64,000 nt of DNA from a virus (Duplodnaviria; Caudoviricetes), in IMG/VR virus record IMGVR_UViG_3300021255_002694. One strand, written 5' to 3'. How positions within the stretch are numbered: the first letter of the stretch is position 1; every line of letters starts with the position of its first letter. A model generated the notes under the pieces. That model had not been told where the DNA came from. It searched no databases and saw only the letters and a program-made list of their open reading frames with translations. Shown here piece by piece: positions 48,190 to 56,599 of the stretch. A program made the translations under genes and the position numbers.

Positions 48190-49080
48190 ATGAATAAATG
48201 TCTTGTAAAATGGTCAGGATCAAAAAGAATACAAGCAAGCAGAATAGTTGATCTATTTCCAGATGAAATTGATACATATTACGAACCGTTTATGGGTGGA
48301 GCTTCAGTTCTAATTGAATTACTATTAAGATCAGATAAAGCAGTAAATAATTACATTGCATCTGATTTGAATGCTCATGTTGTTAGTCTGTTCAACCTTA
48401 TTAAATATAATCCGAGCAAATTGATTGAATCATATGAGGAAAATTGGAAGTATATGAACAGTGAACAAGATGGTAAAAATGACAGATACCTTGAAATACG
48501 TGATAGATTCAACGAAAACTTTTCACCAGAAGATTTCTACTTTTTAACAAAAACATGCTATACAGGTCTAATTAGATTTAACAGAAAAGGTCAATTTAAT
48601 GTTGGTTATCATTTCGGGCGAAGCGGCGAAAAACCGGATAGTGTTTCTGAATCAGTGCGTTTTTATTCTGATCTATTAAATAGGAAAAATGTTATTTTTA
48701 AGTGTAAAAGTTACAGTGAGATAAATCCGAATGTTGATGATTTTGTTTATTTCGATCCACCATACGATAATACAAAACAAACAATGTATCTAGGTGGATT
48801 TGAAAAAGATAAGTTCTTTGATTTCTGTAGATCACTTAGCTGTAAGTATGCAATTTCATATGATGGTGGAGTAGTTGGAGAATCAGCAAGTGCATCAATA
48901 CCGAGTGACATATTTAAAGAAGCTGTTGCTATTGATGCAATGAGAAATATGCGTCAAACTTTTAAGAGTGATAAATATAAAACAGAAATAACAAGCAAAA
49001 CTCTACAAAGATTTGAAATGCTTTATCTTAACTATGAACCACATAATACAGCAAAGCTAGTCTCACATAAATTATTTTAA
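48190..49080 (+). CDS. DNA adenine methyltransferase (Dam/D12, alpha class), MTase 10
   Basis: KWSGSK, EPFMGG, IRFNRKGQFN, YFDPPY; ends HKLF. Confidence 0.9.
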   Translation: MNKCLVKWSGSKRIQASRIVDLFPDEIDTYYEPFMGGASVLIELLLRSDKAVNNYIASDLNAHVVSLFNLIKYNPSKLIESYEENWKYMNSEQDGKNDRYLEIRDRFNENFSPEDFYFLTKTCYTGLIRFNRKGQFNVGYHFGRSGEKPDSVSESVRFYSDLLNRKNVIFKCKSYSEINPNVDDFVYFDPPYDNTKQTMYLGGFEKDKFFDFCRSLSCKYAISYDGGVVGESASASIPSDIFKEAVAIDAMRNMRQTFKSDKYKTEITSKTLQRFEMLYLNYEPHNTAKLVSHKLF

Positions 49081-49134
49081 TGTTCTTTACAGATATGGAT
49101 TTTATAAACATATAAACATAAAAAGAATAATAAT

Positions 49135-49203
49135 AAAAACTATAATTCATGTGATCAGCTTATTGCTGAGTTTACGTGAATTATAGTTTTTATATTAGAA
49201 AGG
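49135..49203 (+). promoter_or_regulatory. ACTATA-hairpin-GAAAGG leader
   Basis: AAAAACTATAATTCATGT...ACGTGAATTATAGTTTTT long hairpin, then GAAAGGA. Confidence 0.55.
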
Positions 49204-49215
49204 ACTTGATTGTAT

Positions 49216-49506
49216 ATGGTAAAGAAATTAAATAATATTAGAAGATCAAGCAAGAGATCAATTAAAGAGAATTTGTCTGAGAAAGATCAGTTAGACAATC
49301 TTCAATATGTATTTGATCATCTATTAGAAGCATGGGGTGAGTTTTCTGACGTTGTGTTGAGTGCAGATATTGATAATGATTTGCTTGACGAAATTATAAC
49401 TGAAGATTATCCGTTTGATCGTAGCTTTGAAGAAGTTGATATTGATGTGTATAACTGGCTTGATGATTGCGCAAGTAGAATTCGTAATAAAAAGTGGAAC
49501 CTATAA
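49216..49506 (+). CDS. Acidic protein with basic N-terminal leader
   Basis: MVKKLNNIRRSSKRSIKE, then a D/E-rich body. Confidence 0.55.
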   Translation: MVKKLNNIRRSSKRSIKENLSEKDQLDNLQYVFDHLLEAWGEFSDVVLSADIDNDLLDEIITEDYPFDRSFEEVDIDVYNWLDDCASRIRNKKWNL

Positions 49507-49582
49507 TATGTTAAGTCCAGTATACTGTTAAAAATACAGAAAATAATACTTGATTTATTCAAAAGAAAAACAACACCATTTC

Positions 49583-49646
49583 ACTATATACGTGTAATCA
49601 ACATAACGATTACACGTATATATAATATAGTTTTATTAAGAAAGGA
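49583..49646 (+). promoter_or_regulatory. ACTATA-hairpin-GAAAGG leader
   Basis: ACTATATACGTGTAATC/GATTACACGTATATA, then GAAAGGA. Confidence 0.55.
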
Positions 49647-49657
49647 TGCTATAAATT

Positions 49658-50089
49658 ATGGTTAGAAGATTAAGAGAAAGTCGTGGAGACTTTGAAGATT
49701 ATAAGTTGCTTGTAAACGGAATGGGTTGGGCTACAGTTTATGTTGATGATTATGAGCAAGGCAAAGGTAAATTTGTACATGATTGGGATTTCGATGTAAG
49801 AGGTACATATGATTCCATAGAAAGTCTTATTGCAGAAGTATCATCTACATGTGGATGTGGCTCTACAGATGTTAAAGACTGGGGTTTAATGGTCGATAAT
49901 GGAACAATAACTACTAACTGTTTAGTTGATGAAGATGATCTTGAAGCTGATCAAAGACAAATAGAGAAGTGGAAACGTGGCGAATATACTCTTTATATTT
50001 GTGATATAATGGTTCCAATTCAAATTGTTACCGATCCTAGAGATGTAACAGAAGAAGATGCAAATTTGATTGGCATTCAAGTTTGGTAA
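49658..50089 (+). CDS. Acidic protein with MVRRLRES leader
   Basis: Shared N-terminal motif; acidic body. Confidence 0.55.
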   Translation: MVRRLRESRGDFEDYKLLVNGMGWATVYVDDYEQGKGKFVHDWDFDVRGTYDSIESLIAEVSSTCGCGSTDVKDWGLMVDNGTITTNCLVDEDDLEADQRQIEKWKRGEYTLYICDIMVPIQIVTDPRDVTEEDANLIGIQVW

Positions 50090-50135
50090 TTTACAAATTT
50101 TATTACGCTTTGATATCAAAAAAAAACACAACTTC

Positions 50136-50193
50136 ACTATATTCATGTAATCGTTAGATTGGTTACATGGATATAGTTTTTTTGTAGAAAGGA
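50136..50193 (+). promoter_or_regulatory. ACTATA-hairpin-GAAAGG leader
   Basis: ACTATATTCATGTAATC/GGTTACATGGATATAGT, then GAAAGGA. Confidence 0.55.
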
Positions 50194-50203
50194 TGATATT
50201 ATT

Positions 50204-50638
50204 ATGACTAGAGAAGAAAGATTAGAAGAGTGGCTAAATAATCTATCTGATGGTGATTTAATTGCTATTTGGAATGAATTTATGTATGATGATTCAATAT
50301 GGAGTAATGATGATTACACATTAAATGAATTTTTTAGTGAGTATGAACCATATGAAATTCTATGTAGAACTTTTTATGGAGAGTATAATCTAAGTCATGA
50401 TTGGTTCTATGTAAATGCATACGGAAACCTTGTTAGTTTTAATAATCCAAAGAGCGATATATCTCCAATTTATATACCGGAACTTGCAGAGCAGATTATT
50501 GATAGTGACAACGATAATGGCTATGATGAAATAAGAGATATTCTTGATAGTGAAGATGATTTTGGTGAATCCATAAATAGAAGAAATAGACGCAGATCAA
50601 GAAGATCGGAGTCCATTAGAAGAAATAGAAGAAAGTAA
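50204..50638 (+). CDS. Acidic protein with Arg-rich ES-containing C-terminal tail
   Basis: D/E-rich body; tail FGESINRRNRRRSRRSESIRRNRRK. Confidence 0.6.
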   Translation: MTREERLEEWLNNLSDGDLIAIWNEFMYDDSIWSNDDYTLNEFFSEYEPYEILCRTFYGEYNLSHDWFYVNAYGNLVSFNNPKSDISPIYIPELAEQIIDSDNDNGYDEIRDILDSEDDFGESINRRNRRRSRRSESIRRNRRK

Positions 50639-50660
50639 TCAATCATTGTTAATATTTCAC

Positions 50661-50695
50661 AAAAACCACTCAATATATTTGGGTGGTTTTTGTTT
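50661..50695 (+). terminator. Rho-independent terminator
   Basis: AAAAACCACTCAA/TTGGGTGGTTTTT. Confidence 0.7.
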
Positions 50696-50705
50696 ACCAA
50701 AACAC

Positions 50706-50734
50706 TTGACAAACTAATATAAATATGGTATACT
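50706..50734 (+). promoter_or_regulatory. SigA-type promoter
   Basis: TTGACA-17-TATACT with TG. Confidence 0.8.
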
Positions 50735-50778
50735 ATATTTACAAGATAAGTTATTCGATCCGAAGTGAGGTAATTACT

Positions 50779-51150
50779 ATGACAAAGCCGTTTATTCTTG
50801 AAATCGAATGGAAATCTGGTCATGTAAAGAGAATCAACTATTCTACTGCTGAAAATGCAAAGAAAGCATATCACAAGATTCTCAATAGATATTCCTCTAA
50901 TAAGTCTAATATCAGACGTTATACTATTTATGATAAAGACAACAATGTAGTTGACAGCGGCTTGAATAGAGATTATTTTGAATCTTGTCTGAATATGTAT
51001 CCAAGAAAAATCTTTTACAGATGCACATTCACTGATCCTCTCGGTAGAACACACGAAAGAATGGATGTGTATGTCGCCGGAGATGAAGAAGATTATGAAA
51101 AGGCAATTAAAGCACTTTCTGTTCCGGAAGTTGAAGTTCTGAAAGGATAA
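50779..51150 (+). CDS. Hypothetical protein
   Basis: GAGGT RBS. Confidence 0.5.
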   Translation: MTKPFILEIEWKSGHVKRINYSTAENAKKAYHKILNRYSSNKSNIRRYTIYDKDNNVVDSGLNRDYFESCLNMYPRKIFYRCTFTDPLGRTHERMDVYVAGDEEDYEKAIKALSVPEVEVLKG

Positions 51151-51154
51151 TATT

Positions 51155-51463
51155 ATGAATAACTACTATATCTGGCTTGACGATGATGATACCAGAAAAC
51201 AACCAGAGTTTGATCATATTCATTTCCACAGCGTAAATGAAACAAAAAATTTCATTGAGAACAATAAAGGAATTTATACTCTTGACCTCGATCACGATTT
51301 AGGCGAGTATGCAACTGACGGTGGAGATGCTATTAAGTTGATTTACTGGTTGATTGAGAATGGGTATAATGAGAATACATATTATACTTTTATATTCAAT
51401 CTTCATACGATGAATCCTGTAGGTCGGGAGAATATGAAAGCAATGATCGAAAGATATTTCTGA
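51155..51463 (+). CDS. Cyclic-phosphate-processing receiver-like domain protein
   Basis: IWLDD...LDLDHDLG...HTMNPVGRENM. Confidence 0.75.
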   Translation: MNNYYIWLDDDDTRKQPEFDHIHFHSVNETKNFIENNKGIYTLDLDHDLGEYATDGGDAIKLIYWLIENGYNENTYYTFIFNLHTMNPVGRENMKAMIERYF

Positions 51464-51478
51464 AAGTGAGGTACATAT

Positions 51479-51727
51479 ATGAACGGCAATTTTGAAATTT
51501 CAAAGGATGAGGTTCTTGAAATCCTCACAAAGACTGGTCGGTATGATACAGATGGTGTGAAGCATCTTCTTATCAATAAAGGTCTTGCTAGCACCTTGTC
51601 TGATATTATGGACGATCTTTCCTCTCTGGAAGAGCGTGTAAAGAAGTATGAGGAAGCATATAAGAATGTCGAAGATAGATATTTCGATCTTCTTAGAAGA
51701 ATGTACGATGAAGATGATGATGAGTGA
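51479..51727 (+). CDS. Hypothetical coiled-coil protein
   Basis: GAGGT RBS. Confidence 0.5.
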   Translation: MNGNFEISKDEVLEILTKTGRYDTDGVKHLLINKGLASTLSDIMDDLSSLEERVKKYEEAYKNVEDRYFDLLRRMYDEDDDE

Positions 51728-51738
51728 GGTGATTCTCA

Positions 51739-51990
51739 ATGACAAAACAGAATATTGAAGATTTACTTAGAATTAGAAAAAGTGAAAACTACACTCAATC
51801 TGATATTGAATGCTACTGCGATGATCACGGAATTGACTATGATGCAGCATTTGAGATGCTGTGTATTGCAGAAGTGTTGCCTGAATGCTGTGTTGGGTGC
51901 AAGCATTCTGCATTCTATAGCAAACTCTCTACAATGTATCCTTGCAATCAGTGTGCAAGAATTATGAAGGATATGTATGAAAGTGAGTAA
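51739..51990 (+). CDS. Small Cys-rich hypothetical protein
   Basis: CVGCKH...PCNQC. Confidence 0.5.
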   Translation: MTKQNIEDLLRIRKSENYTQSDIECYCDDHGIDYDAAFEMLCIAEVLPECCVGCKHSAFYSKLSTMYPCNQCARIMKDMYESE

Positions 51991-52042
51991 AATATCAAAA
52001 ATATTTTACTTTATATACAAAATTACTGTTTTGGGTGATTAT

Positions 52043-52816
52043 ATGAAACTGATGATTCTTGAAACATTCGGAGAGTCAAAAGCAAAGACTCCATTTGCCA
52101 ATCCGGAAAAGTCAAAAAAGATTAAGACATTTGCCATATTCACAGCAGAGAATAGAGATAAAAGAACAGATTATGATGCAGATGAAAACAGGGTGCTGAA
52201 TAGAAACCTTAAAATTGATCTTGCATATGATAAAGATGCTCAAAGAGCAAGATATTCAAAAGATAAAACAGATAAAGCTGTATCAAAACTTGCATCTAAT
52301 GGTATTTCGGCTAATGCTTTTGAAAAGAATTTACGTGCAGGACATTACCACTACTATAAAGTAAAAGGCAAATACGGTAACATTGAGCATAGTTTCATTG
52401 TATATAATATTACATTAGATGATGCAAAGAAGTTCTGTGAAAGATATGGGCAACAAGCATTTATCTATGGGTATAGTAATGACGGAAATTTGAAGTTTGA
52501 GATGTGGGCAAATAGAAGTAAAAGTGAATACTCTTTTTACAAGATTGATGAAAAAGATATATTCAATGTTGTAGATTCTGATGCAGAGGATTTCTATACT
52601 CAAATATCTCGTGATTATAAGATCAATATTCCATTTGAGGAATTTGAATTTGCACCTGATGACATGATCGAATCTATTGATCGTGTAAAAGAGGATCGCG
52701 GTTACTCTGATGAATCTGTAATGCACTTTATTGATGAATCTGTTGATGAGTCTATTTCTGGTAAGTATAGATACTTTGCAAGGGCAACACTTAATCATTA
52801 TTTCGATAATGAATAA
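52043..52816 (+). CDS. DUF3293-like protein with ES-type leader
   Basis: FAIFTAEN...GKYG..EHSF...YGQQAFIY; N-terminus MKLMILETFGES. Confidence 0.55.
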   Translation: MKLMILETFGESKAKTPFANPEKSKKIKTFAIFTAENRDKRTDYDADENRVLNRNLKIDLAYDKDAQRARYSKDKTDKAVSKLASNGISANAFEKNLRAGHYHYYKVKGKYGNIEHSFIVYNITLDDAKKFCERYGQQAFIYGYSNDGNLKFEMWANRSKSEYSFYKIDEKDIFNVVDSDAEDFYTQISRDYKINIPFEEFEFAPDDMIESIDRVKEDRGYSDESVMHFIDESVDESISGKYRYFARATLNHYFDNE

Positions 52817-52908
52817 AAAAAATAAACTCTTTTATACTATAATGAATGTGCATATAGCACATAAAGCCGATAAAAAGAATATTTTAATTTGAAAGGAAGT
52901 TTTATATT

Positions 52909-53742
52909 ATGATTACATATGATGAGTTTGTTGATAGACTTCGTGATGAAAATGATGCAACAGATATTGAACTTGCACTCATGCTGTTCTGTATTGAAGA
53001 TGAGTATGGAACTAATGATCTCGGTGAACCTGATTATGTAGCTGCTCTTGAAAACGAGGGTTACGATGAAGATGACGAGGAAGATACTCTTGATGGTGCA
53101 ATCGCAGAGGTTGCAACTGCTTTTCAAGTTGAAGCACAATCTTGGTCAAATAACTATTTTGAATGTAATGACTCAGAGTATTATGTTTTTGATAATTACG
53201 ATGATGCCGAAGAAGAAGCAAAGCAAGATGTTATCAACCTCATTGATGATATCGGATATTCTGGAATCAATGGTTGGGAAGATTATGTTGATGAAGATTG
53301 GTTTGAGGAAGCAATGCGTGAGTCTTATGAAGCCTATGCAGAGGACATTGAGAACGAATCTGATGATACATATGGGAATCGTCTTGTTCAGGAGTGTTAT
53401 GATGCCGATGTAATTGATGATGATGATTTTGAAACTGACGAAGATGGAGAACCAGACTACGAAAAATGTGTTCTTGATACAGATGAACTTATTGACAGAC
53501 TCGCAACCTATATTTGCGATGATAACATGAAGTATTATGGGTGTGCTTCTGCTTGGTATAGATCGGATTTCGGTGATGAGCAGTTTAGTGATGTTGTAAA
53601 GGCATATGATCTTGTAGATGTTGATAAGTATTCTGAATATTGTGTTGATGTTGATGGTGTTGCAAATTCTCTTGCACGATATGATGGAGAAGAGAATACA
53701 TTTGAGTTTGACGGAACTACATATTATATCTACAGAGCATAA
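52909..53742 (+). CDS. Highly acidic protein (possible DNA mimic/anti-restriction)
   Basis: Very D/E-rich; C-terminus DGVANSLARYDGEE...YYIYR. Preceded by an ACTATA leader at 52836. Confidence 0.6.
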   Translation: MITYDEFVDRLRDENDATDIELALMLFCIEDEYGTNDLGEPDYVAALENEGYDEDDEEDTLDGAIAEVATAFQVEAQSWSNNYFECNDSEYYVFDNYDDAEEEAKQDVINLIDDIGYSGINGWEDYVDEDWFEEAMRESYEAYAEDIENESDDTYGNRLVQECYDADVIDDDDFETDEDGEPDYEKCVLDTDELIDRLATYICDDNMKYYGCASAWYRSDFGDEQFSDVVKAYDLVDVDKYSEYCVDVDGVANSLARYDGEENTFEFDGTTYYIYRA

Positions 53743-53748
53743 AAAATT

Positions 53749-53792
53749 ATACACGATTCAGTTCAAGTAACTGGATCGTGTATTTTTTTTTT
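53749..53792 (+). terminator. Rho-independent terminator
   Basis: ATACACGATTCAGTT/AACTGGATCGTGTAT plus T-run. Confidence 0.8.
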
Positions 53793-53803
53793 GCCGTCAA
53801 CAC

Positions 53804-53832
53804 TTGACATTTACATCTGTTTATGCTATACT
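53804..53832 (+). promoter_or_regulatory. SigA-type promoter
   Basis: TTGACA-17-TATACT with TG. Confidence 0.8.
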
Positions 53833-53872
53833 ATATATGAGGTTTTATTTTCAACATGAAAGGAGTATAGTG

Positions 53873-54496
53873 ATGATCATAAACATTGATATTGACAACA
53901 CGGTGAATGACTTTATTGAAAAATTTGTTTTTTATCTTAATGGTGTTCAGTCAAGATTAGAGCCTATAAGTTATACATTCTATAACCCAAGTCCTGAAAT
54001 TAACACAGAAGATATTACAAACTATAGGTTGAAGATTTCGACAGGCGTTAGCGATGAAGTTCTTGAAACATTATTTTTCAGAAATAATGCTTTTTATGAA
54101 ACACTAGAGCCGCTAGAAAATGCTGTTGAAACAATAAAGGAATTAGTTGAGTGTGGTAACACTGTTCGATTTGTAACAGCAATAAGATATGATGTTGTTC
54201 AAGCCAGAATAGACTTCATTAAAAAATACTTCCCGTTTATTGATCCTGATACTCAACTAATTGTAACAAATAACAAAGAAGCTATCTATGCTGATATTGT
54301 AATTGATGACTGTCTTGATAATTTGAAAAATGTAAATAAGGATTGTCGGTATATTGTTTTCAGTCAGCCTTGGAATAAAAATGTACATGAACTTCCGGCT
54401 GTAGGATATCCAATAGCATTAAGGTGTTCAAATTGGTATGAAGTACATTCTACTTTACGACGTTTATATGCTTTTAGAGGTGTTGAAAATGAATGA
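53873..54496 (+). CDS. 5'(3')-deoxyribonucleotidase (HAD, NT5C-like)
   Basis: IDIDNTV, VTA, K...DIVIDD, PWN. Confidence 0.85.
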   Translation: MIINIDIDNTVNDFIEKFVFYLNGVQSRLEPISYTFYNPSPEINTEDITNYRLKISTGVSDEVLETLFFRNNAFYETLEPLENAVETIKELVECGNTVRFVTAIRYDVVQARIDFIKKYFPFIDPDTQLIVTNNKEAIYADIVIDDCLDNLKNVNKDCRYIVFSQPWNKNVHELPAVGYPIALRCSNWYEVHSTLRRLYAFRGVENE

Positions 54497-54791
54497 TTCA
54501 ATATCTAAGAGACTTGTTTTAGATCATTCAAATATGAGACTTCGTGTTGGAGATGTTGTAAAACATTTCAAGCGCGAGAATTTGAATGAATATGATGATC
54601 AGCTAAAATATCTTTACAAGATTCTATACTGCGGATTTGATACAACAAATCATGTAGAGATTGTTGTATATGTTCCTCTGTATGATACCGAGTATGATGT
54701 ATTTGTAAGATCAGCAGATGAATTTTTTGCAAAGGTTGATAAGAAGAAATATCCGGAAATAAAGCAAGAATATGTGTTTGAAAAGGTGTGA
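54489..54791 (+). CDS. DUF1653-family protein
   Basis: KHFK...VVY.PLY...VR...F..KVD..KYP...Q.Y.FE. Confidence 0.75.
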   Translation: MNDSISKRLVLDHSNMRLRVGDVVKHFKRENLNEYDDQLKYLYKILYCGFDTTNHVEIVVYVPLYDTEYDVFVRSADEFFAKVDKKKYPEIKQEYVFEKV

Positions 54792-55021
54792 TCTTAATGT
54801 TAAGCAATCCTAAAGGTGAGAAAGAGAATAGTGCAGATCAAGATGTAAATATATCAAGCGATAAGATATATAATGCAATGCTTGAAAATCTTGATGTAAA
54901 AGAGATATTTAAGCTGTGTAGGCAAGTAACAGAGAAATATCCTGATACAGATAAAGAACTGTATAATTGGTTTCATGACGAATCCAATATAGGTGGTGAA
55001 AAGAACATTGACAAGTTATGA
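54788..55021 (+). CDS. Hypothetical protein
   Basis: Coupled ORF. Confidence 0.4.
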   Translation: MILMLSNPKGEKENSADQDVNISSDKIYNAMLENLDVKEIFKLCRQVTEKYPDTDKELYNWFHDESNIGGEKNIDKL

Positions 55022-55247
55022 TAGTTCTAAACGCATAGAACCTATGATCACAGTAGATGATACACATTATTTTGATATAGATTACATTGTTCGTCTACTG
55101 CGAGATATGCAAAGCGGCAGATATTCTACAGTTGAGTGTGAAAAAGAATATATCTGTATTGAAAATATAATTCAATGCTTGCGTACACAGGAACAATTCT
55201 TATCCAGAAATTATTGGATTGGCGGTGGTGATCATGATGACACTTGA
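54993..55247 (+). CDS. Hypothetical protein
   Basis: Coupled ORF. Confidence 0.4.
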   Translation: MVKRTLTSYDSSKRIEPMITVDDTHYFDIDYIVRLLRDMQSGRYSTVECEKEYICIENIIQCLRTQEQFLSRNYWIGGGDHDDT

Positions 55248-55404
55248 TGAAGCTATTGAGCATCTTGAAGAAACCTTGATGAACAGTGATCATAAATGGT
55301 CATGTGCCGAATGTAAATCGGAACACGAGCAGCTTTTGAAGTGGCTGATTGAATTGAAACAAAGGAGATCGAAAGATGATAAAACCAGCACAGCTATATC
55401 GTGA
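55234..55404 (+). CDS. Small hypothetical protein
   Basis: MTLDEAIEH...C..EHEQL..WL.ELK, a common phage motif. Confidence 0.55.
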   Translation: MMTLDEAIEHLEETLMNSDHKWSCAECKSEHEQLLKWLIELKQRRSKDDKTSTAIS

Positions 55405-55933
55405 TGAAATATCAAGAAAAATGATAGATACGTGGTATGACGAAAAGTACATGTACTATTATGACACATCTGGAAAGCATGAAAATACTATTCCAGATAA
55501 CTGTAACTATCAGAGACATTTTGCATCTATTGATAAGAATGGAAATTTGATAGGATATATCGGCTATTCTTTCGATGATTATAGTGGATATGCTAAATGG
55601 TTTGGAATACTTAGTTTTACAGATGAACCGAACCATGAATTCGGACTTGATGTTCTGCGTGTATTTGATGATATTTTTTACAAATTTAGTATGAATAGAA
55701 TTGAGTTTTCTGCTTTTGCAGATAATCCGGCAATAAAGTCATACAGATCATTTATAAAGAGATATGGCGGTAAAGAGGTTTGTACACTACGGGAGACAAA
55801 CAGACTTATGGATGGACGAATGCATGATTCGGTCATTTTTGAAATACTCTACCAAGACTTAGTATGGCTTGATTCAGAGGGAATTTCTAAAATGCATCAT
55901 GATCGTGAACATTTCGATAACTTAAAGGAGTAA
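55376..55933 (+). CDS. GNAT-family acetyltransferase
   Basis: LIGYI, NRIEF...DNPAIKSY..F...GG, DGRMHD (RimJ/L-like). Confidence 0.7.
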   Translation: MIKPAQLYRDEISRKMIDTWYDEKYMYYYDTSGKHENTIPDNCNYQRHFASIDKNGNLIGYIGYSFDDYSGYAKWFGILSFTDEPNHEFGLDVLRVFDDIFYKFSMNRIEFSAFADNPAIKSYRSFIKRYGGKEVCTLRETNRLMDGRMHDSVIFEILYQDLVWLDSEGISKMHHDREHFDNLKE

Positions 55934-55938
55934 CTTAT

Positions 55939-56592
55939 ATGCTTAGTGTTGGAGATATTAAAGACATTGAAAGAATTGCATCAAACAGAGGTTCTATTCT
56001 ATGCGATAAAACAATTAAAGGGATGATTAGAACTGGTAAACTTGTTAAGACTGATGCTGTTGACATGAAAGAAGTATTCTCTTATTCCGGAATAGAATTA
56101 TCAGATATTCCATGTGAACTGAACGATAGCATTCAGCCAGCAAGTTTTGATATTAAAATCGGAAGATCGTTTACAGTTGTATCAAATGTCACAAACAACG
56201 GAGTTATCGAATTTGATACACCGATTGAATATAAGACTATGGAATGTGATTCTTATTTACTCTTGCCGAAACAGTTTGTTCTTGCTACAACTCAGGAGTA
56301 TTTTATTCTACCTGACAATATTACTGCGTTTGTTGAGGGTAGATCATCAATCGGCAGACTTGGACTATTTATTCAAAACGCCGGATGGGTTGATCCTGGA
56401 TTTGAGGGGCAGATTACACTTGAACTTTTTAATGCAAGTAATTTTGCAATCAATATTAAATCCGGTTCAAGAGTAGGTCAGTTAGTATTTGCAAGAATGG
56501 ATCATGCTGCTGAAAATCCATATAGAGGTAAATATCAAGGTCAGACTGGTGCAACTGGTTCGATGATCTATAAAGATTTTGAGAAAGGTTGA
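55939..56592 (+). CDS. dcd: dCTP deaminase
   Basis: IQPASFD, EGRSSIGRLGL, AGWVDPGFEGQITLE, GQLVF, YRGKYQGQ. Confidence 0.95.
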   Translation: MLSVGDIKDIERIASNRGSILCDKTIKGMIRTGKLVKTDAVDMKEVFSYSGIELSDIPCELNDSIQPASFDIKIGRSFTVVSNVTNNGVIEFDTPIEYKTMECDSYLLLPKQFVLATTQEYFILPDNITAFVEGRSSIGRLGLFIQNAGWVDPGFEGQITLELFNASNFAINIKSGSRVGQLVFARMDHAAENPYRGKYQGQTGATGSMIYKDFEKG

Positions 56593-56599
56593 TTTTTTT

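Noticed and set aside
39676-49080. Restriction-modification systems
   Set aside because: No endonuclease or specificity subunit lies among the MTases; they appear to be orphan enzymes.
53173-53754. Long minus-strand ORFs such as 53173-53754, 50521-51054 and 35515-35931
   Set aside because: They are antisense shadows of codon-biased plus-strand genes, with no RBS or recognisable motifs.
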